64,000 nucleotides of DNA from NCBI GenBank assembly GCA_964658305.1, contig OZ210885.1, positions 2,914,001 through 2,978,000 on the forward strand, given 5' to 3'. The notes beneath the pieces are model-generated. The model saw only the letters and a list, made by a program, of their open reading frames with translations. It was not told the origin of the DNA and did not search any database. The DNA is from Leptogorgia sarmentosa. Lineage: Eukaryota. Positions 26,499 to 38,310 of the stretch are shown here, one piece after another. A program made the position numbers and the translations under genes. How positions within the stretch are numbered: position 1 is the stretch's first letter; every line of letters begins with the position of its first letter.

Positions 26499-29400
26499 CT
26501 AGTTGCCTCCAGGGTGATGTATTTCATGAGCGCATAAATGTTTTCCAAAATATTTACGCAGGTATTTGAGCTGTTTTGGCACTATTCTTACCACCTGAAT
26601 TTTAATCAAACCGCTCACCGGAAAGCTTTCCAAACTCACAGGCTCGTGTTTTTGGTTGTCAATTAAGACAATATCTTTCCGTTCAGGATGTTTGGAAACC
26701 TGCATTTCCAGACAGTGCTTGAAAATAGTACCGCCATCGTTTTGCGTGTAGACATACACCAAAAGACCACCCTCCCCTTTCAACTTCTTTTGTCCTTCTC
26801 GTAGCTCTTTTTCGAAATTTTGACGTTTAGGCTCGCCGATTATTTCCTCATGAAGTACTGTAATGTACTTTTCTCTTTGTAAGAAATTCAAAAATTCAGT
26901 GCATCTCAATTCACGAGACTCAGTACGAAGGTCAAGACATAATTGCTCGTGTTTTTTCCCCCATTCTTTTTTTTTAAGGTAGGCGTGCTCTACTCTTCTT
27001 AGTGTTTCCCGTAGAAATATATAATTTGTAACCCTTCTCGGACAAATATATTTTGCCAAGGCAAAAAAATTGTCCTGAGCACATGATGCGGGACATCGTA
27101 TTGGCGCAGATGGTGTTGCTTGGTAGGGCTCCTGAGAAGTGGAGAAGAAAATGTTATTAAAATTACTTTTCAATCAATCACATTACTCACCAAAATATCA
27201 TATATTTACATTTTTGAATTGCTAAATTTGAACTCACCTTTTGTTCTTCTCCAGTTTGTCCTTTGGACTTTTCCATGTTTTCCACTGGTCGCCTCCGGTT
27301 TTGTTCTTCATATCTGTAAAGAGAGTTCATCGAAATATTTATTACTTGGCATTTTGATAAACACATTTATCTTCAAAACACAACCCTCACAAATAAAGCA
27401 ACCTTCCAAACTATCAACCGATTTATTGTACATATCGCATACCGGGTAATGATTGAAATCTATATTTAATGTACAGACTGCGTGCACGATAGTTAATGAT
27501 TTAAGAAAACAAACTGACTGCTCATTACAATTTAGTGATTTAAAAGCAATTAATGGGATCAAACGATCAAACGATCTTCTCGCCCGTATTTACAGGTCCG
27601 TAACTCCATCATTCCTTAGCACTAGAATGAGTGACAGATGAAAAAGAGGCCACTGAGTAAACAACTACCAAGGTGTAAACATATCACACTAGTCTATCCC
27701 ATGCACTCATGATGACATCATAGCTTATAAAAGACTTCGGAAGGTAATAATGACAAGTAAAACGAAAAGAGCATAAGTTTTCAAGCAGGTGTCTCTCCCT
27801 GCTTCTTCGTCGTTTTCTTCAAAGAAGAAAAATGCCTCAGCTCATGAAATTCAAATTCATTTGGAACATAATATTTGTGGAAAAATTGTCACCAATGCCG
27901 AGACAGTTTTAAAGTCTGTTACCCTGGACCCATTGACAGACAGATCTAAATGTCGGGAAAGGAAATTAAGCATAACATGCACCCTGTAAGCCGGAAAGAC
28001 CTACCCATCAGGGATATGAGGATATCATCAACTACGTGCATGCAGCAACGCTTCGCTAACATCAGTGAAAGAATGGGTCCATTTAGGCATCTATTGCAAT
28101 CTACATCACATAAACATGTCAATACTAGGTAAAGTGCTGTCAGTGCGTTCTATTTGTTCCTAACAACTTGCTATTTGGAATTATTTTGTTTTTACACCTT
28201 TTATGGTCCTCTGCTCCATCCTTTACGTCAGTCCCTCTATCTAATGCAGTCGGTTGTGCACCAATGTCTGTCGTTTCAGACAACCCTATAACACGTTCGG
28301 GAATCTAAAAACACAATTACTTTTGGTATAGTACTGATTCTATAAAAATTCCTAAAAAATGTTGGGGTGATAGCATAAAAAAGAACAATATAACAATAAT
28401 GTGCGTTTTATGATGTTTGGTATATTCTAATTTTTTAAATTCCAATATTTTTTTGTATCCGCATAGATTTTGCGTTATGCTAACGTTTGCTTGTTTTTGC
28501 GTTAATTACATTATGATTCGTTAATATTTAAAAATGATAAAAATACAGTCCTAAATTTACAAAAAAACATGAATTTACTGGTAAAAATATTGAATATTTA
28601 TTTATTTATATGTACCTCCATATCTAAATCCACGTTGTCTTTGCGGTGCACTGGAGTTTTCTCACTCATAATTGCACCATTCTCAGAATCCCTCTCTTCG
28701 TTAGTATTTCTGTTTGTTGAATACTGAAGCTAAACGAAATGACATTTTCAGAACACAGAATTTCATTGACATCATTTCATCGGAACCATTCTGTCGTCCT
28801 ATATTTGTAAATTTTAAGATAGTCTAGAAGTTGTTTTTGAAGAAGGTCAACGAACCGCACAATGTTCAAGACAAAATCCAGTGTTTTTTTATGATTGTCA
28901 ATTACACCAAACAATTAAGAAATTATTTGATGAGGTTTTTGTGATATGCGGAATTATCAAGGTCGAGGTAAGCCTTATAATCAGCCGAGCCGAATGTTTT
29001 ATCATACATTTGAAGAATAATAAACAAAGTATTAACACATGAAAAACTTTATTTATGATATAAGCATAATAAGCATTGCATTTGTCTGTGTTAATTAAAT
29101 AGATACCGCTTGCTAATCATCGCAGGCTCATTTTGCAGACAACTCAATCATCTGCTGGCAGATAACTGGATTTTCTGTAGGTTGCGTGAAGCTCTTAGCC
29201 AATCAAATTGCTATTACCAATTACAATGTATAATAACTTAAGTTACATGCAAAATAATATACAGTTAGCATTGCATTTGTAAATACATCGATACTGTACG
29301 TACCTGCTTTAATCGTTGGTGTTTTTCAACGAGTATTTTATTTTGCTTTCTTAGCGTTGTTACCTCCTTACAGAAGATACAGAAAGATTGTCAGTAACAA

Positions 29401-31416
29401 ATCACAAAATTCCTGCCACCCAATCAGTTATCAATGAGTTCGATTAATTGGTGCCAGTACCTAGTACGTACATTGATAAACTTCGAATTGGCTATCACTA
29501 ATACCTAATGAACTAGCTCTTCCTGTTGAATGTAGTAATTCATGCTACTGTAATTTGTTTAAGTGTGTGTCAGAAAGTCAAGGTTTATATATACTTCTTT
29601 CACCTTTTGCAAATATATAACCAAATCATGCTTTCCGACCATGCTCCTTAACCATGATCCTCAACCATGCCCTTGATCATGTTTCCTAACTAATGCTCTT
29701 TAACTGTGCTTTAACCAAAACTTACCGGGAATAATGTTCAAGACAAAATCCAGTATATGACTGTGCGCATGTTTTTTTATGAAAATAATTAAGAAATTAT
29801 TTGATGAGGTTTTTGTGATATGCGGAATTATCAAGGTCGAGGTAAGCCTTATCATCAGCCGAGCCGAATGTTTTATCATACATTTGAAGAATAATAAACA
29901 AAGTATTAACACATGGAAAACTTTATTTGACGTATAGGTAATAGTATGGTTTCGAGTGCAATTTGGAATTAACATGCACGAGTGAGTTTTCCAAAGTCCT
30001 CAAAATAGCACGAGTCCGAAGAACGAGTGCTATTTGAGAGTTTTGAGGTCTTTGGAAAACTCACGAGTGTATGTTATCCAAATTGCACGAGAAACCATAC
30101 TCTTACTTGTTAATAGTTTGCATAAAAGTATTTGAGACAATTGTAGTTTTAACTGTCTCAAAGCGAAATTTCACCGGCAGAGTTTTCTTGCTTAGTTTAT
30201 TTCACATTTTACAGCGATAACGGTTTCAAAAATTCACCCAAACACGTAACTTTTGTTAGTCTTGTTGGAGATAAACTTTTTTCCGTCATAAGAAAAAGCT
30301 AAAAGCTATATTTTCGACTCTAATTTGATTGGTTGAAAGTGATAACAATTGCACCGTGATAACACAAAATTGCACTGTGATAACATGTGCACGAAATTTT
30401 CACACTGTGATTACACAAAATTGCACTGTGATTACACAAAATTGCACTGTGATTACAGAAAATTGCACTGTGATTACACGAAATTGCACTGTGATTACAG
30501 AAAATTGCACTGTGATTACAGAAAATTGCACTGTGATTACACGAAATTGCACTGTGATTACACAAAATTGCACTGTGATTACAGAAAATTGCACTGTGAT
30601 TACACAAAATTGCACTGTGATTACACAAAATTGCACTGTGATTACACAAAATTGTACTGTGATTACAGAAAATTGCACTGTGATAACACGAAATTGCACT
30701 GTGATTACAGAAAATTGCACTGTGATTACAGAAAATTGCACTGTGATTACAAAAAATTGCACTGTGATTACAGAAAATTGCACTGTGATTTGGGATTAAC
30801 TGCACTGAAATGAACCAATTGGAGTCGAGTAATACTTTTATGTATATTAATAATGATATAATAAGCATTTGTCTGTGTTAATTAAATAGATACCGCTTGC
30901 TAATCATTGCAGGTTCATTTTGCAGACAACTCAGTCATCTGCTAGCAGATAACTGGATTTTCTGCATGTTGTGTGAAGCTCTTAGCCAATCAAATTGCTA
31001 TTACCAATTACAATGTATAATAACTTAAGTTACATGCAAAATAATACAGTTAGCATTGCATAAATTGTAAATACATCAATACTGTACGTACCTGCTTTAA
31101 TCGTTGGTTTCCTTCAACGAGTATTTTATTTTGCTTTCTTAGCGTTGTTACCTCCTTACAGAAGATACAGAAAGATTGTCAGTAACAAATCACAAAATTC
31201 CTACCACCCAATCAGTTATCAATGAGTTCGATTAATTGGTGCCAGGCCTTGTTCGTAAACTTCCAATTGGCTGTGATCACTAATAGCTAATGACCAGTAA
31301 TTCTTGCTACTATAATTTGCAGTAACATTGTAAAATATGTGCTGGCTAAATACACTGATGCATGTCTCCTTTAATTCTTGGTTTTCTACTGTCAGTTGCC
31401 TTTGCAACTGTTCAAC
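26499..31416 (-). CDS. Uncharacterised coiled-coil + putative papain-fold domain protein, paralogue C (start exon not found)
   Basis: Phase-compatible exons 31416-31354, 31154-31092, 29366-29304 (63 nt each), 28729-28616, 28304-28198, 27313-27238 and 27131-26499. The last two are homologous to exons of A and B. Confidence 0.65.
29943..30850 (+). mobile_element. Interspersed element with a one-sided 159-bp hairpin (29943-30101) and a 21-bp minisatellite; copies start at 44105 and 58649
   Basis: Interrupts the second copy of a duplicated intron segment (28861-29457 versus 29734-31243). No TIRs seen. Confidence 0.6.
30347..30789. repeat. 21-bp minisatellite AATTGCACTGTGATTACA(G/C)(A/G)A, about 21 units; 5 units shorter at ~44509-44846 and ~59053-59390
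   Basis: Directly visible. It explains the NCTVIT and CNHSAI ORFs. Confidence 0.95.
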
Positions 31417-31519
31417 CTTCAGAAGAGACAGACAGTCAGATTGTTACAAATCACAAAACCCAATCACTCATCAATGAGTTCGATTAATTGGTGTTCAATG
31501 TAGGTAATTCTTGCTACTG

Positions 31520-31946
31520 TGCCTTAACCAAACCTTAATCATGCTTTCATTGTGCCTTTACCATACCCTTATCCTGCCATTACCGTGCTCCTTAACTATG
31601 CTATTCAACCATGCTCATCAACCATTCTCCTTTAACCATTCTCCTTAACCATGCTTTAACTATGCCTTAATTGTACCTTAATCGTGCTGCTCAACTATGC
31701 TCCTCAACTGTGCTCTTTAACCATGCTTATGAGTTATGAAACAACTCTCTAACAATGTTCCTTAATTTACCATGCCTTAACTGTATCCTAACCATACCTT
31801 GACCATAATTTAACCGTCCCTTAATCATGCAAAAAACGGTGTCTCAACCATACCCATACTATGCCTTATAACCATCCCTTAACCGTACCTTCTTCACCAT
31901 ACCTTAACCATGCCTTAACAGTACCTTAACCATACCTTAACTATGC
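31520..31946. repeat. Degenerate ~11-bp satellite (CCTTAACCATG-like); copies at ~45577-46003 and ~60121-60547
   Basis: Repeated CCTTAACCAT/CTTAACTAT motifs. Confidence 0.8.
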
Positions 31947-34816
31947 ATAAATGAATAGAATGGGAGTGTTTGTGTTCTAGTTGGTGCGTAATGATTCGAT
32001 GATATTCAGCCCTATTAATATGCAATATAGCGATTAAATTGCCAAATATTCTGTACTGTAATGGATTACATATACTGAATCTATGTATTGACTATTGACA
32101 GACTAAGATCGACGATCACAACATTCTTAGTACATAATTATATCATTACTTACATTAACCTTTTCCAAATCCATATGTCGCAAAAGACCTCTGGCAAAAG
32201 ACAATGATATCTAAATAAATACAGACATATTCAAACAATTATCTGACATTATACATCAAAACGGAAATATTAAATTCCAAAATAATAATGAACCTCCTTA
32301 AACAGATAATGTTAATGTAATACTACTCCAATTACGCACTGTACTAACAATTCCAAAACTTCACACACAAAAATGTTTACAAATGACATTACATGGGTTT
32401 TTTTCGTTTTTTTCTTCAATACTATCTTCAATATTATTTCGATTACTCAGCATAAAAATCAGTGATCAGCGCTCTCACAACGAATTTTCAAAATTCCTTA
32501 GCGTGAGCTCCGGAATTCCTCAGATATTCCCAAAATTCCTTAAATGACTTGTTTATCCTTGCAACTACCCCCAAAGTACCCTGCAATCCCGTTCTTTTGC
32601 CTCTTGTTTTAAAAACAAGACTCAAATAGTTTCAAAATCGTTAATAAACACAATTTGTGAGGTACCTGAGCTTACTAAAGTATATACAAGATAAAATGGG
32701 ATAGAATGAGCAGTGGCGTAGCGAAGCCATTCCGATAGGGGTGGTGTAAAGCAAAATATTTTACCGACCTAAATAGGTTTGGGCACGACAGGGCCAGATT
32801 ATTTGGCGGGGAGGGCGAGTCTCACGAGACGCCACCATGGTTGGCGTCGAGCGAGAAAATTTTGTGAATTTAGAGCCTCTAGATCGCCGGAAACGGCCAT
32901 TTCAGAGTGTTAACCAAAGCCTTAACACTCAGAATAGAGTCTAGAGGTCTTAGATGTAGTACAACCACAGCTTGCGAACTAATCGCACACGGACATAGAC
33001 AACAGACATATACTTTTACATATTTTACTTTTCTACTCTCTCTGTGATTTAATGACATAAATTGAAAATTTACCGACCCTTTGGCTTCAAAACCGACCAC
33101 AATTCATTTACCGACCATTTTCAAAAAAATTGGGGGGGTGTCACACCCCCCACACCCCCCACACCCCCCCCCCCCCCCCCCTCGCTACGCCCCTGAATAC
33201 TACGCTGAATGTGTGCTTTACAAAGATATTTTAATTTGTGAATAAGACAGTACTCAATATATGTGCACTTGTCAATCTTTTACATTCTATATTCTCACTC
33301 AGCTTAGTGTTAGGCTATTGAAATTATGAAAATAGATCATTTTCAATACTCGCTGTTCACACAATTTGAACACAACTGATTTCAAAAGATAATTTCTTAT
33401 ATAATGTAGAACACGAATATGTGAATATTCTTAAATATATTGCAAAATTAGCTAAATAAATATCAAAGCACTAACTTGATTGTTGCGTTTAATATTCATA
33501 TTTAATTTCTAGGTTACAGACTCAATGTGACAATTTTGATGACAAAAGTGGTGTCTGACTGGCTTGCCTGTATATTAGAATGTGTCAAAGAGCCTTGCTG
33601 TCGATCAATCAATTATAAAAAGATACTGATAGCTCAGAATGAATCGAATTGTGAAATGTTGCATAATACGGTCCACAACTCTTCTCAGAAATCTTTACAA
33701 GCAAATTTTTCTTATGACCATGTTTATCTCAGTAATCCTCAAAAGGTAAAAATAATTCACTACGCATAAAGGTACTACGATTTGTCGAGCACAATTCGGA
33801 GTCTGGCGTATGTAATCGGGTGAACACGCGCGAGAAAGTCGCATTTCAAATTACGATTCAAACTTTACACCCAGGAATTACATGCAGAGGTCTAACTGTT
33901 GTACCCATTTTTGTGCGCATGCTCGGCAAGTTACTTGATGCGTACATCTGATTGGATGACGACCAAATTTGAACTTGCCGAGTTGATCATTTTTTAGCCA
34001 GGCCGCATTAAAAAAGTGGGCACATGAAAATGCCACTTTTTAATATTTAGTTAGACCTCTGTCTGATATATACTCTGTGCTCTTAACGAAGTAGAATGAT
34101 GGCATACGTCTTTTTTCATACGTCTGAATGCGAATTGTACCGACTAATCGTAGCGTGTAAACGTATCTTGAAAGTGCACATGTCTAAAATCTTGCACTAA
34201 CAAAGTGTAAAGATCAAGATCACATAATTGAAAAACGCACCATGACCAATGTCTCTTTGAATACTAAACGAATGTAAAAAACATTGGTTGGAAATAATTT
34301 GTTTCGTCAGATGTATTTGATAGAGTTCTAGAAAAAATCTTGAAAAATTTCAAATAAATCAACATCGTCTATAATAAGACGATGAACTTCCGTCGACTTG
34401 ACGAATTCTGATTTATCATTGAGGTGATGAGTTCACATGATGCCATACAATCGATGCCAGTCTATAGTATACTCTCGAATTATCTTTCCAGTATACAACA
34501 TCACCGAACATTTTTGTTCTCCTTATTTCGCATTAAACCTGTTTCATGCGAAACAGAATCTATTCGGTTTTTAGAAATTTTATTACCAAAAAGAATAAGA
34601 TTATCCAAGAATACATTATTAGTGTCCATTTATAGGAATACAATGAAAGCTGCTTTTCGAAGGTCCTAAATGGCAATATAAAAGGTAAGTGATATGCGAT
34701 GATCTCTTAGAGTCCATTTTGGGTCAAAGTATTTTTACTTTTAATTAATAGCTATAATAAACAACCTTAACGATCTCAAAATTTCAAAATCATCGAAGTT
34801 TGAAATAGAGGGATAT

Positions 34817-36183
34817 CAGGGCCTGCGCGAACGGAGGGAAAAGGGGGTATTATCCCCCCCCCCCCCCAATGATATGGCATATAGTGCCCTATTAATTCTT
34901 TCCAGTATAACTTGGACATTGAGAGGACAGTAGTAAATAGTGGTATTATCACTTATGAATTGGTGTTACGCACAGATTTCGCCGTTATAGTACCCTGCGA
35001 GCAGAGCCTTACAGTAAATACCAAGATTGGTAACAATAAAAATCAGGGCTGCCTGCAACTTCTTTCTGGGGCATGGGGCACCATCCCTCTTTCGGGGTAA
35101 GGTAATTTTATGCTCGATCGAATAACTCGATTATTGCATTTTGGGGCCCCTCAAAACATAGGTCCGGGGTAAATTGCCCATCCTCCTTAACGATGCGGTC
35201 GTGATAAAAATCAATATTGATCGCAAAACGTGTTTCGTGTGGATCAGAAACGTCAACAAAATGCGAACTGGGAACAGTAGTATATTCCAGTGCCAGGGCA
35301 TTGGGCCCGTGTATGTGGTGGCTTACAAGTTCAATATTCATTTATCTCAGCTTCGTGGAGCAGAATTTAGAAGTTATAGGCGCTCAACGCTGTCTGAAAT
35401 GGACATTTCCGGGTTTGTAGCAGGGATTATTCTAAGGTGCAGTGATAACCAATTTGTGCAGTGATAAATGAGAATTGTGCAGTGATAAAATACATTTTGT
35501 GCAGTGAGTAAAATATGTTATCCCATGGTTATTCATCATTTATTAGAATTTGGGAATAACTTTAAGCATATACAACAGCAATAGTTTCATAACTTTACAT
35601 ATTTTAGCAAAAAGCTAAATAGGAAAATAGGAAACAGTTTGATGTTCTGAATTGGGCAGTCAGACCTTTTCCAATACAACTTTATATTCACATATTTCTA
35701 TATTTTGTTGTGCTTTTGTGCAGTGATAAAATTTCCTTAGAATAATCCCTGGTTTGTAGAGAATTTAAATGTTCAATGGTGGCGCCTCGAACAGAACAAA
35801 ACAATTATACACACTAGAGAAATTTGGCCCCGCTAGTAAAAGTCCCTTTTCGTCTGAAAATCAGCGAAATTCATGCTGAAATTGCAGGAAGTCAAGTTTA
35901 GGGAGCTCAAAGATCAAACAAAATTTTGTTGGACCCCCTTTAACGTAGCTACATTTCTTTATTGTTTCATAATTATTTTCCTTTCCTTTCCATCCTTCCT
36001 ATTTTATAATGATATTTCCACCCTTCATTAAAGTCCCTTTTCGTGTTTGCCCCACTAAACAACCTTAAAAAAGGCCCTGCAAAGAATTTTGCTTTTTATG
36101 GTGCGATACAAAACACGTGACATCAACATGTGCACTTTTTATTGAATTGTACCCCCATTATGAAAATGGACGCGCCGGCCCTG
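34817..36183. mobile_element. hAT-type non-autonomous element in a cargo intron (copy at 48867-50235)
   Basis: TIR CAGGGCCTGCGCG / CGCGCCGGCCCTG with TSD AGGGATAT. Confidence 0.85.
35421..35751 (-). mobile_element. MITE derivative of the hAT at 1-2643 (copy at 49473-49803)
   Basis: TIR CAGGGATTATTCTAAGG at both ends, TSD GTTTGTAG, GTGCAGTGATAA subterminal repeats. Confidence 0.92.
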
Positions 36184-36265
36184 AGGGATATTATAAAATG
36201 ATATTATAACATCTATTCTAAGTAAAATAATAGTAGGCAGTAATAACATGAAGCACAGTTGAACG

Positions 36266-36590
36266 CAGGGATTATTCTAAGGAAATTTTATCACTGCACA
36301 AAAGCACAAAAAAATATAAAAATATGTGAATATAAAGTTGTGTTGGCATGGAAAAGGTCTGACTGCCCAATTCAGAACATCAAACTGTTTCCTATTTTCC
36401 TATTTAGCTTTTTGCTAAAATATGTAAAGTTATGAAACTATTACTGTTGTATATGCTTAAAGTTATTCCCAAATTCTAATGAATGATGAATAACATATTT
36501 TATTCACTGCACAAAATGTATTTTATCACTGCACAATTCTCATTTATCACTGCACAAATTGGTTATCACTGCACCTTAGAATAATCCCTG
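36266..36590 (+). mobile_element. MITE derivative of the hAT at 1-2643 (copy at 50318-50642)
   Basis: Same TIR, TSD GTTGAACG. The right end aligns to ~2415-2643. Confidence 0.92.
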
Positions 36591-38175
36591 GTTGAACGAT
36601 GAGCAGGTGAATTAAACCGTGTTGATTTAAACCGTCCTTTTTATTACAGCAAAAGATTGCGCTGATCTTTATAAGGAAGGTCACACAACAAATGGTGTTT
36701 ATTTCATTGATCCAGACGGCAAAGGCGCATTTAAAGTAAGATGTGATATGACGACATCAGGAGGGGGTTGGACGATCATTCAAAGACGTGTTGATGGTAG
36801 TGTAGATTTCTACCGTAACTGGAAAGATTACAAAAATGGTTTTGGTGATCCAACAGGCGAATATTGGCTTGGTCTGGACAAAATCAACCGACTAACAAAT
36901 GTCAGTACAAAAGTCATTCGATTCGACCTTTGGGACACAACAGGAAACACGAAGTACGCTGAATACAGCTTCTTTGCCATCGCTTCAGAAGATGCCAAAT
37001 ATAAATTGAGATTGGATACATATTCAGGTAACACAGTTTAAAGAACGAGACAATGGTTGACACTCAGTGGCGTAGCGAAGCCATTCCGATAGGGGGGGGT
37101 GTAAAGCAAAATATTTTACCGACCTAAATAGGTTTGGGCACGACAGGGCCAGATTATTTGGCGGGGAGGGCGAGTCTCACGAGACGCCACCATGGTTGGC
37201 GTCGAGCGAGAAAATTTTGTGAATTTAGAGCCTCTAGATCGCCGGAAACGGCCATTTCAGAGTGTTAACCAAAGCCTTAACACTCAGAATAGAGTCTAGA
37301 GGTCTTAGATGTAGTACAACCACAGCTTGCGAACTAATCGCACACGGACATAGACAACAGACATATACTTTTACATATTTTACTTTTCTACTCTCTCTGT
37401 GATTTAATGACATAAATTGAAAATTTACCGACCCTTTGGCTTCAAAACCGACCACAATTCATTTACCGACCATTTTCAAAAAAATAGGGGGGGTGTCACA
37501 CCCCCCACACCCCCCCCCCCTCGCTACGCCCCTGAGAATGAGCGACTTATCATCTCCTGAGCCGGACCGGAAGCGCACATTCGCGCAATTTATCAGAAAC
37601 TATAATTATGTAAATTAACTATAATCACCATTTCTTAAATTTTAGTTTGCTGTGACATGTGTTTCACAGGCATTTTACCACTAAGATAAAGAATTACCTT
37701 ATTATTAATTAGTAATTCTTTAGCTCAGGGCATTTTACCAAAGGCTTTTCTCACTGAGCTAAAGAATTACTGGAGAGAGTGGCTTTTCTCGAAATATTAA
37801 AATTCCTTAGAAAATTCCTTAAAAATTGAACTCCTTAAAAAAATCCTTAAAACTTTGCTAAATTCCTATTTCTGAGGAAAAATCCTTAGAAGTGAGAGCA
37901 CTGTCAGTGATAAAAATATATATTCAAGCAGCTGGGAAAATTGAGGAAAATTGAGGTGGAAAATTGCTGGAAAATTGAGGAAATTGCAACAGCTGGGAAA
38001 TTTGTGGCGCATGCGCTAGATTTGGCTTGCGTGGAATCCCACGAATAATGAACTCGCGCGCGAATTTCGAATGTCGTGGAAGCATAACAATAAGAAATTC
38101 CTATTCAAACTAATTAAATATCCATGATCCCGATGACGTCATTAGCAGTATATAATCCCCAGTGAACTCTTATCA

Positions 38176-38310
38176 GTTATCGACCTGGAACGAGGGGTAT
38201 TCCACAAAAAAATACCCCGAGGAATGAAATATTCCGAGGGCGCAGCCCGAGGAATATTTCATTCCGAGGGGTATTTTTTTGTGGAATACCCCGAGTGAAA
38301 GGTCGATAAC
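38176..38310 (+). repeat. 135-bp hairpin with CGAG/CGAG mismatches and a GCA loop (copies 52227-52361, 61338-61472)
   Basis: Arms are complementary except at the CGAG boxes and one GGAA/TGAA internal mismatch near the base. Confidence 0.9.

Larger units (their letters stand above)
33513..37027 (+). pseudogene. Captured internal exons of a PAN/apple + fibrinogen C-terminal (FReD) domain gene, unit 1
   Basis: Exons 33513-33745 (PAN: C..EC...CCRSINY...NCEM), 34636-34684 and 36650-37027 (KDCADLY...CDMTTSGGGWTIIQRR...GFGDPTGEYWLGL). Phases are compatible and there are no stops. The first and last exons are missing. Confidence 0.88.
32711..37534. mobile_element. Composite element: two direct copies of a CAGTGGCGTAGCG MITE (32711-33195, 37065-37534) flanking 3.87 kb of captured gene DNA
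   Basis: The TSD AGAATGAG occurs only at the outer ends (32703-32710, 37535-37542). The inner flanks AATACTAC and TTGACACT do not match it or each other. Confidence 0.9.
32467..37903. mobile_element. hAT-type MITE (605-bp core) loaded with a 4.8-kb nested composite element, unit 1
   Basis: TIR CAGCGCTCTCAC / GTGAGAGCACTG. 8-bp TSD TCAGTGAT (32459-32466, 37904-37911). Outer parts 244+361 = 605 bp, equal to the empty copy at 52805-53409. Confidence 0.93.

Noticed and set aside
30347..30789. CRISPR-like array
   Set aside because: Units are contiguous with no unique spacers, the context is eukaryotic, and there are no cas genes.
30320..30868. Cys/His-rich repeat ORFs on both strands (NCTVIT, CNHSAI, KLHCDY), also at ~44480 and ~59030
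   Set aside because: By-products of a stop-poor 21-bp minisatellite, open in four frames.
32879..33100. 73-aa ORF repeated four times (MVGFEAKGSV...)
   Set aside because: Lies inside the MITE; the recurrence reflects repeat copies and no protein motif is evident.
35044..36079. Additional nested CAGGGC...GCCCTG element
   Set aside because: The flanking 8-mers (ATAAAAAT vs CAAAGAAT) do not form a convincing TSD.
33513..37027. Complete functional fibrinogen-related gene
   Set aside because: No start or signal exon and no C-terminal FReD exon. The segment is bounded by MITEs and absent from unit 3.
32711..37534. LTR retrotransposon (long direct repeats at both ends)
   Set aside because: The repeats have their own TIRs (CAG..CTG rather than TG..CA), the TSD is 8 bp, there is no gag/pol, and the cargo retains introns.
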